Positions 26,201 to 39,105 of a stretch of DNA of 64,000 nt are shown here, piece after piece (positions within the stretch are counted from its first letter, which is position 1; every line of letters starts with the position of its first letter). Source of the DNA: Patellaria atrata CBS 101060. Taxonomy: Eukaryota. Position numbers and translations under genes: made by a program. Where the stretch lies: positions 356,031-420,030 of the forward strand of contig MU006107.1 of assembly GCA_010093705.1 (NCBI GenBank), in the 5' to 3' direction. The notes under the pieces are model-generated. The model searched no databases. It saw nothing but the letters and a program-made list of their open reading frames with translations, and was not told the origin of the DNA.

Positions 26201-29200
26201 GAAAGCATTACCTCTAGGTTCTCTAGGTCGTTACGTCGAAGCGTATCTGGTTGAGTTTCTGTCAACGGCATATCTCTCGGTATATCCCTCGTGAATGAAG
26301 CGTCCGGACCTTCGGCGAGGACGACTTCGTTACCGGTCGGTTCAATGAGTTCTTCGGAGTCACTCTTGTCACTTCTCGACTTCAGCTTGTCGATATCTGA
26401 TCGAAGATCCGCAAGTCCATCTTTTAGCGTATCCAAAATCTCATAGGAGACTGTCATGTCGACAGGCTTATCAGCCATCTTGACGACATCAGAACGAAGA
26501 CTTTCTAGCCCGTCGTTGATCGCATCTAGAATTTCATTCTTGGATGACTGGTGACGCTCAGGGCTATCAATCTTCTTTTCGAGATGTGAACGAAGGTCAT
26601 CCAGTCCGAGCCTTATAGCATCAAGGACTTCCTCAGTATCTGCCCTGGTTGTTCCCCGAACTCCGATAGACTGACGTATTTGTTCGAATTCGCCTCGAAT
26701 CGCTTCAAGGAGTTCCGCATCAACTGCATTCTGAGGTTGTTTGTCATGGATATCGGCTAGGCCTAACCTTAATGCTTCGAGGATCTCTTCTTTGTCCGCT
26801 ATTGATCCCGACCGCACTAAAGTAGAGCTGAGGGTTTCGCGGAGGTGCTCAAGTTCTCCTTGGATCGTGGCTAATGCTTCCTTCGCTGAGGCATTTTCAT
26901 CTGATGTCAAGGTAACCTTCAAACCATCTACACATTCTCGAACAGCATCCACTATATCTTCTTTATCCGTCGAGGGATTGGATTTAACTAGAATAGTAGC
27001 GAGGGTCTCCCTAAGATGTTCGAATTCCTCTTTCATAACCGTGAGTACCTCGCCGCTATTGTTGCCTTCAGCTCCGCGTTCATCCAGTCGAGAATGCAGA
27101 CTGTCCAAACCATTTTGGATTGCATCCAAAACGTCGTCTTTGTTCGTTGAGGAGCCATCAAGGATAGTCACCCTAAGCTGGTCGAGTTCGACTTTGAAGG
27201 CTTCTTGCATTTCTTCCGAGGAGTCTCCACCAAGTTCGCGTGCTCCAACCTGGGCCTTTAGACTTTCGAATTCTTCGTGCAAGACTTCCAGAATATCATC
27301 TTTGTCCTTCGATGATGGTACAAGTCCACCCACAAAGGACTCGTGCAAATGTTCAAATTCGGATTTGATGTAATCGAAGAGCTCCGCTTTGCTGAATGCT
27401 GCATCTCCACCAGCTCCTGTAGCGACGTATCCCTCAACGTCGGAGCGAAGCTGTTCTAGGCTGCTCCGGATGGTGTCCACAATCTCGTCCTTGCCTGTAA
27501 CATCTTGGGAGCGGTCAACGTATGTCTCGATATCTGAACGCAGAGTCTCCAATCCGTCTTTCATGGCATCAAGGACTTGTTCTGTATCACGGCCACTTGC
27601 CGATGAATATGCTTTGAACTCAGAATGCATGTCGTTAACTAATTCTTGCAGTCGGTTCATTACTTGTTCTCCGTATCCCCCAAAGGATGAACCGGATTCT
27701 TCTAATCCTGCTTTTACTGCATCAAAGAGGTCATCGCGCCTAATTTTAATTTCCCGAGGAGCATCAGAACCATGATTCGCTAGGCCTTCCTTAAGAGCAT
27801 CAAGGACCGTCTCCCTAGTCAGTTGGTCTCCGGCAGGTTGATGGAGGAGGGGTTTCAAGTCATCTAAACATTCCCGAACAGCGAAAAGAACTTCCTCACG
27901 GATTTCAGCCGTTGGGTTCACTGGGGCCGGGGGGGGGAAGTGTTGTAGCGCCTCTGAAACAGCTTCCATAACCTCCTCTTTGCTAATACCATTTGTAGCG
28001 TTGGCTGAACGGTAATGTTCTAGACCCTCTCCAATGGTTTGCAGGATCTCTTCTCTTTCCAGGCCGAACTGTTGTAGCTCAATTTCGGGTTTGAAAGATT
28101 CACATGCCTCTTTCACGGCATCAAGGATAGATTTTTTGTCCATTCCAAGGTTCGTTTCATCTCCAGGGTATCCTCGGTCCAAGCCTCGTTCTGCTAGGGC
28201 GTGCTTGACTACATCGTAGATCTCTTTGCTGTCCACAGAAGCTCGGGAGATCATAGAGGAACCTGATTGACGTCTATTTTCGCGGATGACTTCATCCATA
28301 TGTAGTTTAAGTTCGACAAGACCTTCTCGAACGATACGGCCAACATCTTCCTTGGTCTTGCCATCTTCGATTGAGAGGTGATTACCGCGCACAAGGCCAG
28401 CTTCGTCAAGCTGGCGTGCAATATCTCGGCCCATACCGAGTACTTCTCCTCTCAGTTCTCGTACTAAACCCTTGACTTCATGAGAAGTGCTTCCTGATCC
28501 AATGACGCTCTTCATGATCTTATTCAACATCTCCATAACCTCAGAACTCATGGTTTCGGCGCTTTTCGAGTGTGAAAATGGTTTCTGACTATCAGATCCA
28601 AAAGCGCCGGGTTTGGATAATGGTCCTGATTGTGCAAAGCTCCCTGCTGATCCCATTCCTGCAATACCGTCTCCGTTCACTCCTGCAGCCCGTAAGACAA
28701 TTGCACGATTCTCTGAGCTGCTTTTGATAAATTCAGTCAGCTCTGTAACCTTTTTTGCGGTTTCGCCAGACTGCTTATCAAGTAATTGGGACAAGTTGGT
28801 AAGCAATCGCTCTTGTCCCTCTTTTGTCACCATCTCACGAATGATCTTCTCGAGCATCGCCACGCTAGCAGCGCCTTCGATCGAATAGGGTGACGGACTG
28901 TCCACTCTCTCGTCAATCATGAAACTGCTCGGTGAAGGTATCCTAGGTAGTGTAAAGCTCTTCGTTGCGGAGGGAGGGGATGCATGTGGTGGTTTACCGT
29001 CGAATATGGTCGCTCCAAATGTACTACTTGAGCGAGGCATCCCAGCACTTCCACTCCCCAATAAGTTTGGTTGAGATGCAGAGTTGCTCACGGTATTTAC
29101 TAGATCACGTAAGCTCTTTCTGATGTCCTCATCTCGGGAGTTGGTAGCTTCTTTCAAGCTGATGAGATCTGTAGCGTTGTCTTTGCTCCTTCTGCTTAAT

Positions 29201-30060
29201 TGCGCCATTTCACGTTGCAAGTTTGTTGCAATTGATGTCAAACCTGATAGTTGAGACGAAAGCGCATCGATCGACTGTGTTTGTGGAGTCCGAGCGCTAT
29301 TAGTGATATCTGCTAATGGGGGGTCGAAGTCTCGAACAGGCATTGTTTGCAGAGCCAGCATTGTCGCTGATGGCGGCGTGTTTTCTCCTAGTATAGCTTT
29401 ATGGGTCATTCTAGAAGATGGACGAAGAGAAGGCGTGTCTTTAAGAAAATCACGTCCGGAAGGGGTCGGGGTTCCGTGGCGACCAGAACTCTTTTCAGGA
29501 GAGCAGCTAAATATGTCGTCTTTATCGATATCTTTCATATATATCGGCGTAGTTAAGCCTGGAATTGCTCGCTCAGGAGACCTCTCCGGGGACCGATTTC
29601 CATCAAGGTAGCTCCTGAGATCTCGTACATGGCCGGTTTGGAGCGACTGCATTCGCTTGTGTTGTACACCTTTGATCAATGATCTCTCTGGAGATTTCTG
29701 TGGCATTGGATTTGTTGTATACGCGCTTGTATGTGCGCTTTCACGGGCCTTTTCTTGTAACGCTTGGGCCGCGGCTGCGATGGTAGCGGAGGTATTTGGC
29801 CGTGTTGTGGCCACGTTTGGTGAGCCTGGATTCATCGGTAATGGTGGTGGTGCGCGTTCTGGATCAGAACTATCCCACCTGCATTAATGACGAGTGGTTA
29901 GTAAAATTGGATCACGTAGAACTCTAATAGCGGACTGTTGATAAGTAAACACGACTTACATTGGGATCGGTGATCTGCTTGAAGCGGAATCTGTAGAGAA
30001 GGAATGCTGATGCCGGACAAGTTCCCTATCTCGGGAGCCTTCTCTGCTCACTGAAGGCAT
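23218..30060 (-). CDS. Large conserved fungal coiled-coil protein (often annotated 'chromosome segregation ATPase family'); exons 30060-29960 and 29878-23218 (2253 aa)
   Basis: 6.6-kb open frame with heptad-rich acidic repeats; splicing restores IPMWDSSDPERAPPPLPMNP; LQREMAQLSRRSKDNATDLISLKEAT. Function unknown. Confidence 0.8.
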
Positions 30061-30527
30061 CGCCAATTCTTGATGTTGTGATTGTGATAATTCGCGTATT
30101 TCTTAGGAATGCAGATGGAGAAGTTCTCGATGACTTGTTTTTTGTACGCTAGAACACTCGCATCCTCGTGAAGACGCTCATAAAATTTCCAGCGAGCCAG
30201 CGCAGTAGCAATTGCTTTTAAGTTGAAGGTATTGATGAGTTGTACTCGAGGTTTTACCTTTTAGTATCCAAGCGGTATATGATGATAGCGAGGAAAGTAA
30301 ACAAACAAGGATCAGGCGCTCGGGAAAACTTCGGACGTCAAAGCTTCAACCCGCAAAGTCTCGTCACCTTAAGAGAATGGAAACTCAGCTTCCTGAGTGG
30401 CAGCTACGATTAGCAGAGCCTCATCCAACCACACTCACCTCTGTGATCTCAACCTATACCACTGCAATCATAATATCCCGGCCAGACAGTCCTAAAACAA
30501 ATCCGTTTTTCCCACAAAGACGCGCTC

Positions 30528-31863
30528 ATGGCTGCCGCTACACCCGAAGACGCGAAAAGGATTGCGGAGGCGCAGAAGCTGTCCAAATCTGAGCCTGCGA
30601 ATGCGGAAAGAATATATCAAGAAATCCTGAGTAAGGATCCGGGCTCCAACGAAACCGCTGTAAGAAACTTTGAGACCGCTTTGATTGCCCTGGGAGAACT
30701 GTACAGAGACCATAAGAAGGTCAATGAACTTGCAGAGCTTATACAAACAGCTCGGACGGTTCTCTCATCATTCGCGAAGGCAAAGACCGCAAAGTTAGGT
30801 GAGCTTTTCTCGGAGTCGCAACCGTATTAAGCATTTAGCTAATGCTCAAAATCAAGTCCGTCAGTTGCTTGACCTCTTCACAAGCATACCGAACACCACC
30901 GAAATCCAAATAGCTGTCACCAAGTCATGTATCGAATGGGCGATATCCGAAAAGAGAGGGTTTCTTCGACAGAACCTAGAGACCCGACTTGTCTCACTGT
31001 ACATGCAAAAGCAATCGTATTACGATGCTCTAACACTTATTAATAGCCTGTTAAAAGAGTTAAAACGATTGGATGATAAGTTGGTCCTTGTCGAAGTTCA
31101 ACTCCTTGAATCAAGAGTATATCATGCTCTTGGGAATGTGCCTAAAGGTCGTGCCGCTTTGACATCAGCGCGAACATCGGCGGCTTCAGTATACACTCCT
31201 CCTTTACTCCAGGCTGGTTTAGACATGCAAAGTGGCATGCTCCACGCCGAGGACAAGGACTTCAACACTGCTTTTTCCTATTTTATCGAGGCAATGGAAG
31301 GTTATCACTCACAGGATGAAGCACAAAAGGCCACCTCAGCTTTGCAATACATGCTCCTGTGTAAAATAATGCTCAACCTCGGCGACGACGTCAATAACCT
31401 CATGACCTCCAAACAAGCAATCAAATATGCGGGCAAAAACCTGGATGCCATGAAGGCCGTAGCTCGTGCACACACGAATCGAAGTCTCGAAGAGTATGAA
31501 AGAGCGCTGTCGGATTTCCGTTACGAGCTAGGGAGCGATAGGTTCATCGCCAACCATCTCCGCCGACTCTATGACGCTATGCTTGAGCAAAATCTCATCA
31601 AAGTTATCGAACCGTTCAGCAGAGTCGAAATCGAACACATTGCTAAGATGGTCGGTTTGGACACACAGCAGGTCGAGCGGAAACTGTCACAGATGATCTT
31701 AGACAAGGTGATCATCGGGGTATTAGATCAAGGCGCGGGGTGTCTGATCGTATTCGATGAGGCTGAGCGTGATCAGGGTTATGATGCCGCTCTAGACACT
31801 ATCGAAAAGCTGAGCAACGTGGTCGATGTACTTTATACAAATCAAGCATCTTTACTGGAATAA
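30528..31863 (+). CDS. RPN6: 26S proteasome lid subunit Rpn6; exons 30528-30798 and 30857-31863 (425 aa)
   Basis: FAKAKTAKL|VRQLLD, KRLDDKLVLVEVQLLES, DFNTAFSYFIEA, PCI domain LEQNLIKVIEPFSRVEI, KLSQMILDK; intron uses an AAG acceptor. Confidence 0.96.
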
Positions 31864-34000
31864 AGGCAAGGGTAAGGTTCCAAACGAAGGTGCAAGGTAT
31901 ATCGGACGTGGAGGTTAGGGCAGCCATGTGGGCGAACCGTCGGGACTGGTTACGTCTACGTGGTGGTGGAGTATGCGAGTATACGGTAGCATAGACGGCG
32001 TTCATGCCTGGGAATACCATATAGAGTAAAGGGTCCCTCGGATAGTCATACTCTTTTCGAGCCTCCCTGACAAAATGAGGGCATTCATCCCACTAGATCC
32101 CACCCGCCAGTCTACCGTACTTTGTTTCAGATCCAGACGGTGTTTCTGCGAAATTTCCCCAATTTCCCCAGCATTCCACGCAGATCAGTGCACCTCTTTC
32201 TGGCTTAAGAATCCGTTCTTTCGAGCTTTCTCCCTCGCCTTTCGCCTTTACTCCTGACACGGCTCAGGAACCTCACACAAATTGCCCACCTCTCTAACCT
32301 TTACCGTACGCGAACCTGCCTGCAGCCAGCACGATGCCAATAGACGGAGGCGAATCTTTAAATGAAATACATTTGACACCCCGGACAGCATGGCATCTCA
32401 TTGCATCTCTCTCTTTTTTTTGATTTCCAAGCTCGATGTTGTGTCACCTTTGCCCTCGTGCTGAACCCCCTTCCCGTCGGATGCGGCATTCATTGCTTTT
32501 AGAGCGCGTTGGTTGATTTCAGCGCTCAAAACACAATACAGTGATCATCAGTCAGGATTGTCAGAATGGTTAATAAGGTGAGCGGAGATATTCTAAAAGC
32601 TTCATCGTCTAATTGGCTCGTTTCTAACTCGTTACAGTCACTTTCTTCTCTCATACTTACAATAATGTTCACGTTTTGTGCGGACAAACTAACGACTTCC
32701 GAGCGGCCTTGTCCGCAGAACTACATCTCTGCCAAGACCGGAATTTTTAATGTTTTGAATGGTACTACTGGATGCCCTGAGCGTACACATTATTCAAAGT
32801 CCTGCATCCACCTTGTTTCTGATATAGTAGTCTCTGCTTCACTACATATCCTCAATTGCCAAGACTTTCCTTTTCTGTTATCTTAAGAGAAAAACATCCA
32901 CTCCCGAATCTATAAACGAGCCGGAAGTACTGCCACCGCTTCGGCACTTTCCTACTCAGAACTATGTTTGACTACATTCCCTTGTACACATAAGGCAGTT
33001 CTGCTTATTCTTCCATAGAGAATTGGCCCGACCACTCTAGCGCGGACGGCGCTTCAAAGATATCCTCCTTTTCCGCTGTTGTTATCCAGGACCAAGAAGA
33101 GTGCAAAGACCCACCAGGTAGGTTTAACTTTTCTCAAGTCGGACAAACGTTCTATTTCCTCAAATACACACCTTTACTATCCTCTGGAAAAGGGAGCCGT
33201 TACTGGGAGCTGGTCCTTGCGCCACGCCATCTTCAGATTTCCTTGCATACCGTATCAAGCCACATCACCCCTAGTCAACACTGGTCTCTTCAGGGAGCGG
33301 CAAAATTAACGAGATAAATTTCATGCTTTCATGATGTAATTTATCATGGGCAGGTTCTTGCGACACCGGACACCAACACGGAGTTGCCTTGATGATCTTC
33401 TTCCCTCTTCGGAGCGGTCGATAAGTCAATCAAGCTCTACCATGCCTTTGGTCTTGGGAACCCACGCTCTTTTTGTCAAACCGGGCTGTATCTGTAGGCA
33501 TTGTATCACAACGACCATGTGATGGCAACGCTCCAATCATAGGATTTGACTCCCGTGTAAGCCAGATACATGCGGGTAAGACAGGGTCTGTGACATCGCG
33601 GCTGTGGCATTAATGCCTATCCTCTCGTCTTGTTGGGTAAAATGGTTTAGACTGATTTCCTCGAATAAGAACGAGAAGGATCCCCAAGGCGACCGGTGGA
33701 CCCAGTAACCAATCCCCTTCGCCTTGAAACGCCGCATATGTGGTGCGGGGCCCCCTATAGCATGAGCGTTCCCACGGGAAGGTTGGTGGAGGGGTGTGGT
33801 ACGTATACACAGGCTCACAATGAGGTTGAGAGGTCGAATTGTTGGTCCCGATCCTGTACCCGTCAGCTCAGTGACTCACCTGATGCATTTTCGAGAGGGC
33901 TAACGACAAGAAAGATCGTTCTTCGTCTGTACAAAATCCGCCGAATCCGTATCAGCTAGTTCAGAAACGATCAAATTCCCGTCAAAGCATTTGTTCGGCA

Positions 34001-35080
34001 ATGGCTCCCACAGCACCGGCCCGTATACTCCTGAGCAGTGATAACACTCTCGTCGGCTGCCATATCATTAGCCAGGTCCTTTCATCGCGAATATCAATAC
34101 GGGTGGTAGACACAACTCAGGCAGCGCTCAACACCGTTAAAAGAGTCTTTTCCGACGTGGATGAAGCGCAGCTTCAACTAGCAGTGGTCCCTGATAAGAT
34201 TGCGCCTGGAGCTTTCAACACTGCTCTTAACTCCCCGGACATCCAGTTTGACACCATTATCCATACAATCAGTGTGGATTTCAGTGTATACGATAAGGAC
34301 CTAACCGGAGTTGTCCGCGTTGTGGGAAATCTGATACGGAACGCTGCGGATGTTGCACTCAGAGTTCGCCGTTTGATTATCGTCGTCGACGGGAGTAGAA
34401 CTCCTGGTCACTGGCCTGGCCAAAGTTGGCGCAGAGCTGCTGGAACAGCTAACCAATATAATGCTTTCAACGACTGGTGGACCGGAATAAAACAACTCGA
34501 GGATTATCTGCGAGGCTTGATGCATGAGGCAAAACCGCATTTCGATCTCGTGACAATATACGCGCCGACAGTATACGGCCCCTTAATGGAAGAGGTTGAT
34601 CGAGAAGTGATCTATGAGGCGGGTAACGGTAGAATTTGGGACTGTTTCTTGAACGCGAGGGAAGAAGAAGAACTACCACCAGACGACCTCTACTACTTCA
34701 TTGATGTCAGGGTACGTAATACTACCATCGTTTTCGGAGACAAACGGTCATTGTCCGAAGGATATGCTCATTGACTTGCTCTTTAGGATCTCGCATTCGC
34801 TACCATTCAGGCCGCACTTGTCCCGGAGGCAAGTAATCAGAATTTCATTCTCTGCGCTGGTTCGCTTCTTTCCCAGAAGATATCAGACGTTCTTAGAGCT
34901 CGTGTACCTGGCATCCCAGGTCGCGTTCCCAGAACCAGATCGTCCAGTGCAGCTGCGACTCCTGTCCCGCAAAGGATCGATTCTACACCCGCAAGTGCAA
35001 TTCTCGGTTTAGTGAGATACCTCAGTGTTGAGGAGACATTATCATCCCTAGGCCAGCAACTTATGGCGTGTGCACGATGA
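34001..35080 (+). CDS. Extended SDR/Gre2-like epimerase-dehydratase fold protein with degenerate motifs; exons 34001-34711 and 34787-35080 (334 aa)
   Basis: AVVPDKIAPGAFN, FDLVTIYAPTVYGP, FIDVR|DLAFATIQA and SVEETL resemble Gre2/aldehyde reductase II. The nucleotide-binding glycines and catalytic Tyr are missing. Confidence 0.75.
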
Positions 35081-37014
35081 GCGAGATGAACGAGCGAGAC
35101 ATTTAGACGTTCAATGCTCTTTGCACATTAACACATCAGAGGTTCAACGCATGCACCCCACCAATTACTACGGGCTTGGTATGATGGCTGGTTCCTTTCA
35201 TGGATGTTTTCCTCATTGAAGTGCCATTTGGCTCCGTTCTTGCAGCTGCTTTGAGGCTCGCTTGCTGTCGATCTTCCAGCTGTGGGAAGCTCTGGGTTTC
35301 TAGCTGAGGTGCTGGGGAGCTTAGTTATAAGCACGTGAAAATAACATATTCTACTTAGTTACCCGGGGGGGTTTCCCAGCAGAATGGTTCCCCGAAATCT
35401 TGACGAATCTTTTTTTTTTGGTTAATTCTCAGTTACCTTCCTATCGGGTGTAATGAACTGCCGGAATGGGCAAGCTGTATAATTGCCACACCGAGGTAGT
35501 ATTGGCCAGAAGAAGTTGTAGCAGAATGTACCTGTGAAAAGTATCTTGTACAACACAGTACAGTACCTCTACTACGATTATTTTCCTAATTGTTTCCCGT
35601 ACCTTTACCCTCTTCCCAAGACGCGATTGTACCTTTCACCATCAGAGTCTAGAACGAATTAGATAATAGCGCATAATGTTCCGTCGAAAGCCGTGAATTT
35701 CAAGCTTCCAACTTCTTGTTGAGCAACCGGCAGGGCACTGATTCGCAAGTTTGTCAACGCATGGCAAGCCACATCAGTAGTCACTATCGTTTGGGACAGG
35801 CATTATTCGACCTGTTGACCGGAACGACATTGTACAATATTCAGTCATCCAAGACAAGCCTGCTTTTTCGTGCCTGCTCTCGTATCATGATACATCAATG
35901 GTATTCTTGCTGATGGATGTGGCGGAAAAGCCGATAAGTTCCTAAGTTGAACGTTATATTGACGTAGCACAGGGGCGTACATCCGTCCCCGCAAAACCGT
36001 CAGCACGTGTGAATTAACTCAGATGGAGATTTAAAAGAAAAGCAGGGAAAATGCAAGGTTCGAGGAGTTGTTGGTGCGGAGAGTGGAGGTACGTACGTAA
36101 GGTAGGTGGATTAGGGTTTTTGTTCGTCTCGTCAAAAATTACTTTACCTAGCCGCATGCGGTTTTGAAACGGAACTTATTGTATTAAACCTTAAAACTGT
36201 CAGGACTACCCTGTGACGTCGAGTCATACAAAGTTCCAAAGTAAAGTCCAAATAAAATCCCAAATACATCCAAATAATAATATGACCTTCAATTGGGTCA
36301 GGTCCCTCGCCTGACTGAAATCTGTCCACTGTACCTCTAACAAATAGATGATGATGTATGAAATCATGTTGCACAGCATAGATTAGACATAACTAAAGGA
36401 GTAAGGTACAGTACCTACCTTACCTCCACTTAGTATGAATACCTTAGTCTCAGGAAAAGTAGAGTAATGACGGTGGAAATATTCACTTCCAGTATTATAG
36501 ACCCGTTATGATTTTTTACCTAACTACCTTAGGGGGTAATTCGAGGTGCTTATCAGTTGAGCCTATCGCGGTAGGAACGTGCCCCATACAAAAGTTCCAC
36601 CTTAGGATGATAGCAACCGTCTGAACCTCTTTCACATGTCAAAAATGGCGCTTATTCGTCACACCTCCCAACGGTTCTCAAAAGCTCCTGGTGCCCGCAA
36701 ACGTCCTTTTCTGCATACTCCTACTTACCTTTTCAAACCCTCAACGTTGCCCAAAATCTTTTAGAAAACTTCATTTCCAATTTCACCGTCTTTCATCAGA
36801 AAGTCTCTGACAGGTAAGCTTACAGTGCATAATGCTAAATGAATAGCAATATCTCATATGACCCCATTCAGTTCCACAGAGTGTTACACATCTAAATAAC
36901 CCCAAGGATTCATCGTAGAATCTGAAGAAAAAGTGTACGTTCATGCAAGTTTCAGACCTCATCTGACGAACAAAAAATATTGTGATACTGTTGCTTATCC
37001 TTTGCAGCTGCCCC

Positions 37015-37666
37015 ATGCCCCACGCGGAGACCGCCACCATGACTGAGACGCTCACCAACGGCGAGAAGCACTCTTCTCAATTCATTTCGGTGAGATCCTC
37101 AACCCACCGGAGGGACCCCCCTCCCCAAATGAAAGAAGTTGCCTCCCACTAACGCACCACCACCTGCTCAGCACCTAACATCCTACCCTGTGGTCTCAGA
37201 CGGCATCACGACCTACAAGTCTAATCCCTACGGTGCCAAAACTCTGGAAGTCGCTAGCAACGCATACAGCAAGTTCGCCTCTCCCGTAATCCCCTATCTC
37301 AAGGGCCCTTACAGCTACGTCGCCCCATACGTCGCCAAGGCGGATTCGCTCGGCGATGCCGGTCTGAGCAAGGTCGATTCCAAGTTCCCGATCGTGAAGG
37401 AGGACACTGGAAAGCTCAAGGGAACCGTCATCGACTATGCCGTCCTACCCCTGGCCATCGCCGGCAAGGGTAAGGAATACCTCTTCAACACCTACAGTGA
37501 TCAGTACAAGAAGACCGGTGGCGACGGCGTCGGAACTACGGTGAAGGCTATCATTAGCACCGAGATGAAGGTCGGCGTGGACATCTATCATTTCCTGCTT
37601 GGGTACTTCAACAAGGGAAAGGAGACTGCCAAGTCGAAGGCGAACGATCTCAACACTAGCACCTGA
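37015..37666 (+). CDS. CAP20: Perilipin-like lipid droplet protein (CAP20/Mpl1 family); exons 37015-37089 and 37172-37666 (189 aa); probable 5'UTR intron(s) 36814-37007
   Basis: SQFIS|HLTSYPVVSDGITTYKSNPYG, PYVAKADSLGDAGLSKVDSKFPIVKEDT; strong codon bias. Confidence 0.88.
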
Positions 37667-38220
37667 TTATCCTGTTCTGAGCCTTTTCAGCTGGAAGCTT
37701 GTTCAAGGGTAATCGTGGATAAGGATTGGATCATGTATGGGCTGACTTGTAGAAGTGTTGGTGTTGGTTGTCTGATCTTTTCAGCTTGCTTTCTCTTCTC
37801 AGCGCTCAAAACCGGATAATGTCTTTCATGGTCAGTGAACTCTAGACTCTCCCTTATTTGGATAGGAAAGTGCTTTTACAGGGATTTAGGGATAGATTTG
37901 CAACATAGATATTTCTCCATAGTTTAAACCAACATAGCCGCAACTCGTCGTATGTAACAGTGGGGTGATTATCTTCGTAAGTTTTGAATATCGTAATAAT
38001 GCGCCACAAAGGTACCATCGATAAGAAACAAAGTCGGGCCGGTATGAGCTTAAAGCACTATTACGGTCATCATAGAACAACATATATATAGGTTAGAAAG
38101 TGTTGGGTTGAATTTCGATTTTCATTTGCTGTTCAAGATCCATGTACCAAGGACAAATAAGTAGGATCAATACCACTCATGCCATCGCCCTTCCCAACGC
38201 ACCCGCAATGAAAGATGCCT

Positions 38221-38887
38221 CTAGAAACCTATGTAATGTTAGAGCTGTATTGTCCCTTGGGCGATCCCATAATAAAATTCAAGAAAAGTGAGACTCACGC
38301 AATGGAGTAAAGAACCACCTATTCTTTCCACTCTGGTATCTCTCCTCCAACGCCTTCTTCACCGTTTTCTTCGCATCCTCTCGTTGAGATACCTCCTTGA
38401 AGGTATCGTTTGTGAGCACACCCTTCAATCCCTCCAACTCCAGAGTGTACCGTGTGGGCATCAGGTGGTTGTAGTTGACGGTCTTGATGAATGGCTTGAC
38501 CTTTGAACGCTTGGTAATGCGGTTTTTCGACATACGGCGGGTGACTTGTGACGGGTAGCGCTCGATACCGGCGACGAGGGCGTGAGGGAAAGGGTGTGTC
38601 TTCGATCCGCTATCGAGGGGTTGGATGATTACGACCTATTGAATTTCCCTCTATTAACTTTCATTCACTTTTCGTGCAGTCTTTGCAAACGTTGTGCCCA
38701 AAATTGTCGCCTCGTGTATCCCTCTCTCGAATTGGCGCCTAAAAGGTGTTTCCTGAGGAGTTAATTACCTTCTTACCGGCATATCTGCCTCGGGTGATGA
38801 TGGCAACACGGCCAACCTTGAGGACTGGGTGAGACGGTTAGCTATAATTGTGAGTGGTAAAGAAACATAAGAGATCTTACACTTCAT
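38221..38887 (-). CDS. RPL27: 60S ribosomal protein L27 (eL27); exons 38887-38881, 38824-38769, 38635-38299, 38228-38221 (135 aa)
   Basis: [25 protein letters not shown]...[11 protein letters not shown]...[17 protein letters not shown]...[11 protein letters not shown]. Confidence 0.97.
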
Positions 38888-38973
38888 GTTGCCTGTGTTA
38901 TGTTAGTAAAGGAGAGTCGTGATGTCGCTGTCGTTCTCGAAGATCTAAGCTTGGTGGTCGGATGCTGTGTGGT

Positions 38974-38994
38974 ATCGAAAAACTATGCCAAGCC
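38974..38994 (+). promoter_or_regulatory. ATCGAAA..CTATGCCAAGCC motif in the RPL27/SOF1 bidirectional promoter; RRPE-like AACTTTTTTTCG at ~39049-39060
   Basis: Matches ATCGAAAgatgCTATGCCAAGCC at 17101-17123. Confidence 0.5.
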
Positions 38995-39105
38995 ATAAGC
39001 GAGCGGCGGAATAGCGGGATTGACATCTTTCTCCTCCGCCATGTCCAGAACTTTTTTTCGAGAAGCTCGTAAGAACCGTCGAGTATGGCTTTCTGAGGCG
39101 CAATT

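Noticed and set aside
30396..30403. AGTGGCAG upstream of RPN6, resembling an Rpn4/PACE site
   Set aside because: Only a partial match to a short motif; unsupported without comparative data.
32240..32252. TTTCGCCTTTACT resembling U5 snRNA loop I
   Set aside because: One T short and no closing stem.
32000..33950. Long intergenic region considered as telomerase RNA or a hidden gene
   Set aside because: No TAACCCTAA template seen and the short ORFs have no recognisable similarity.
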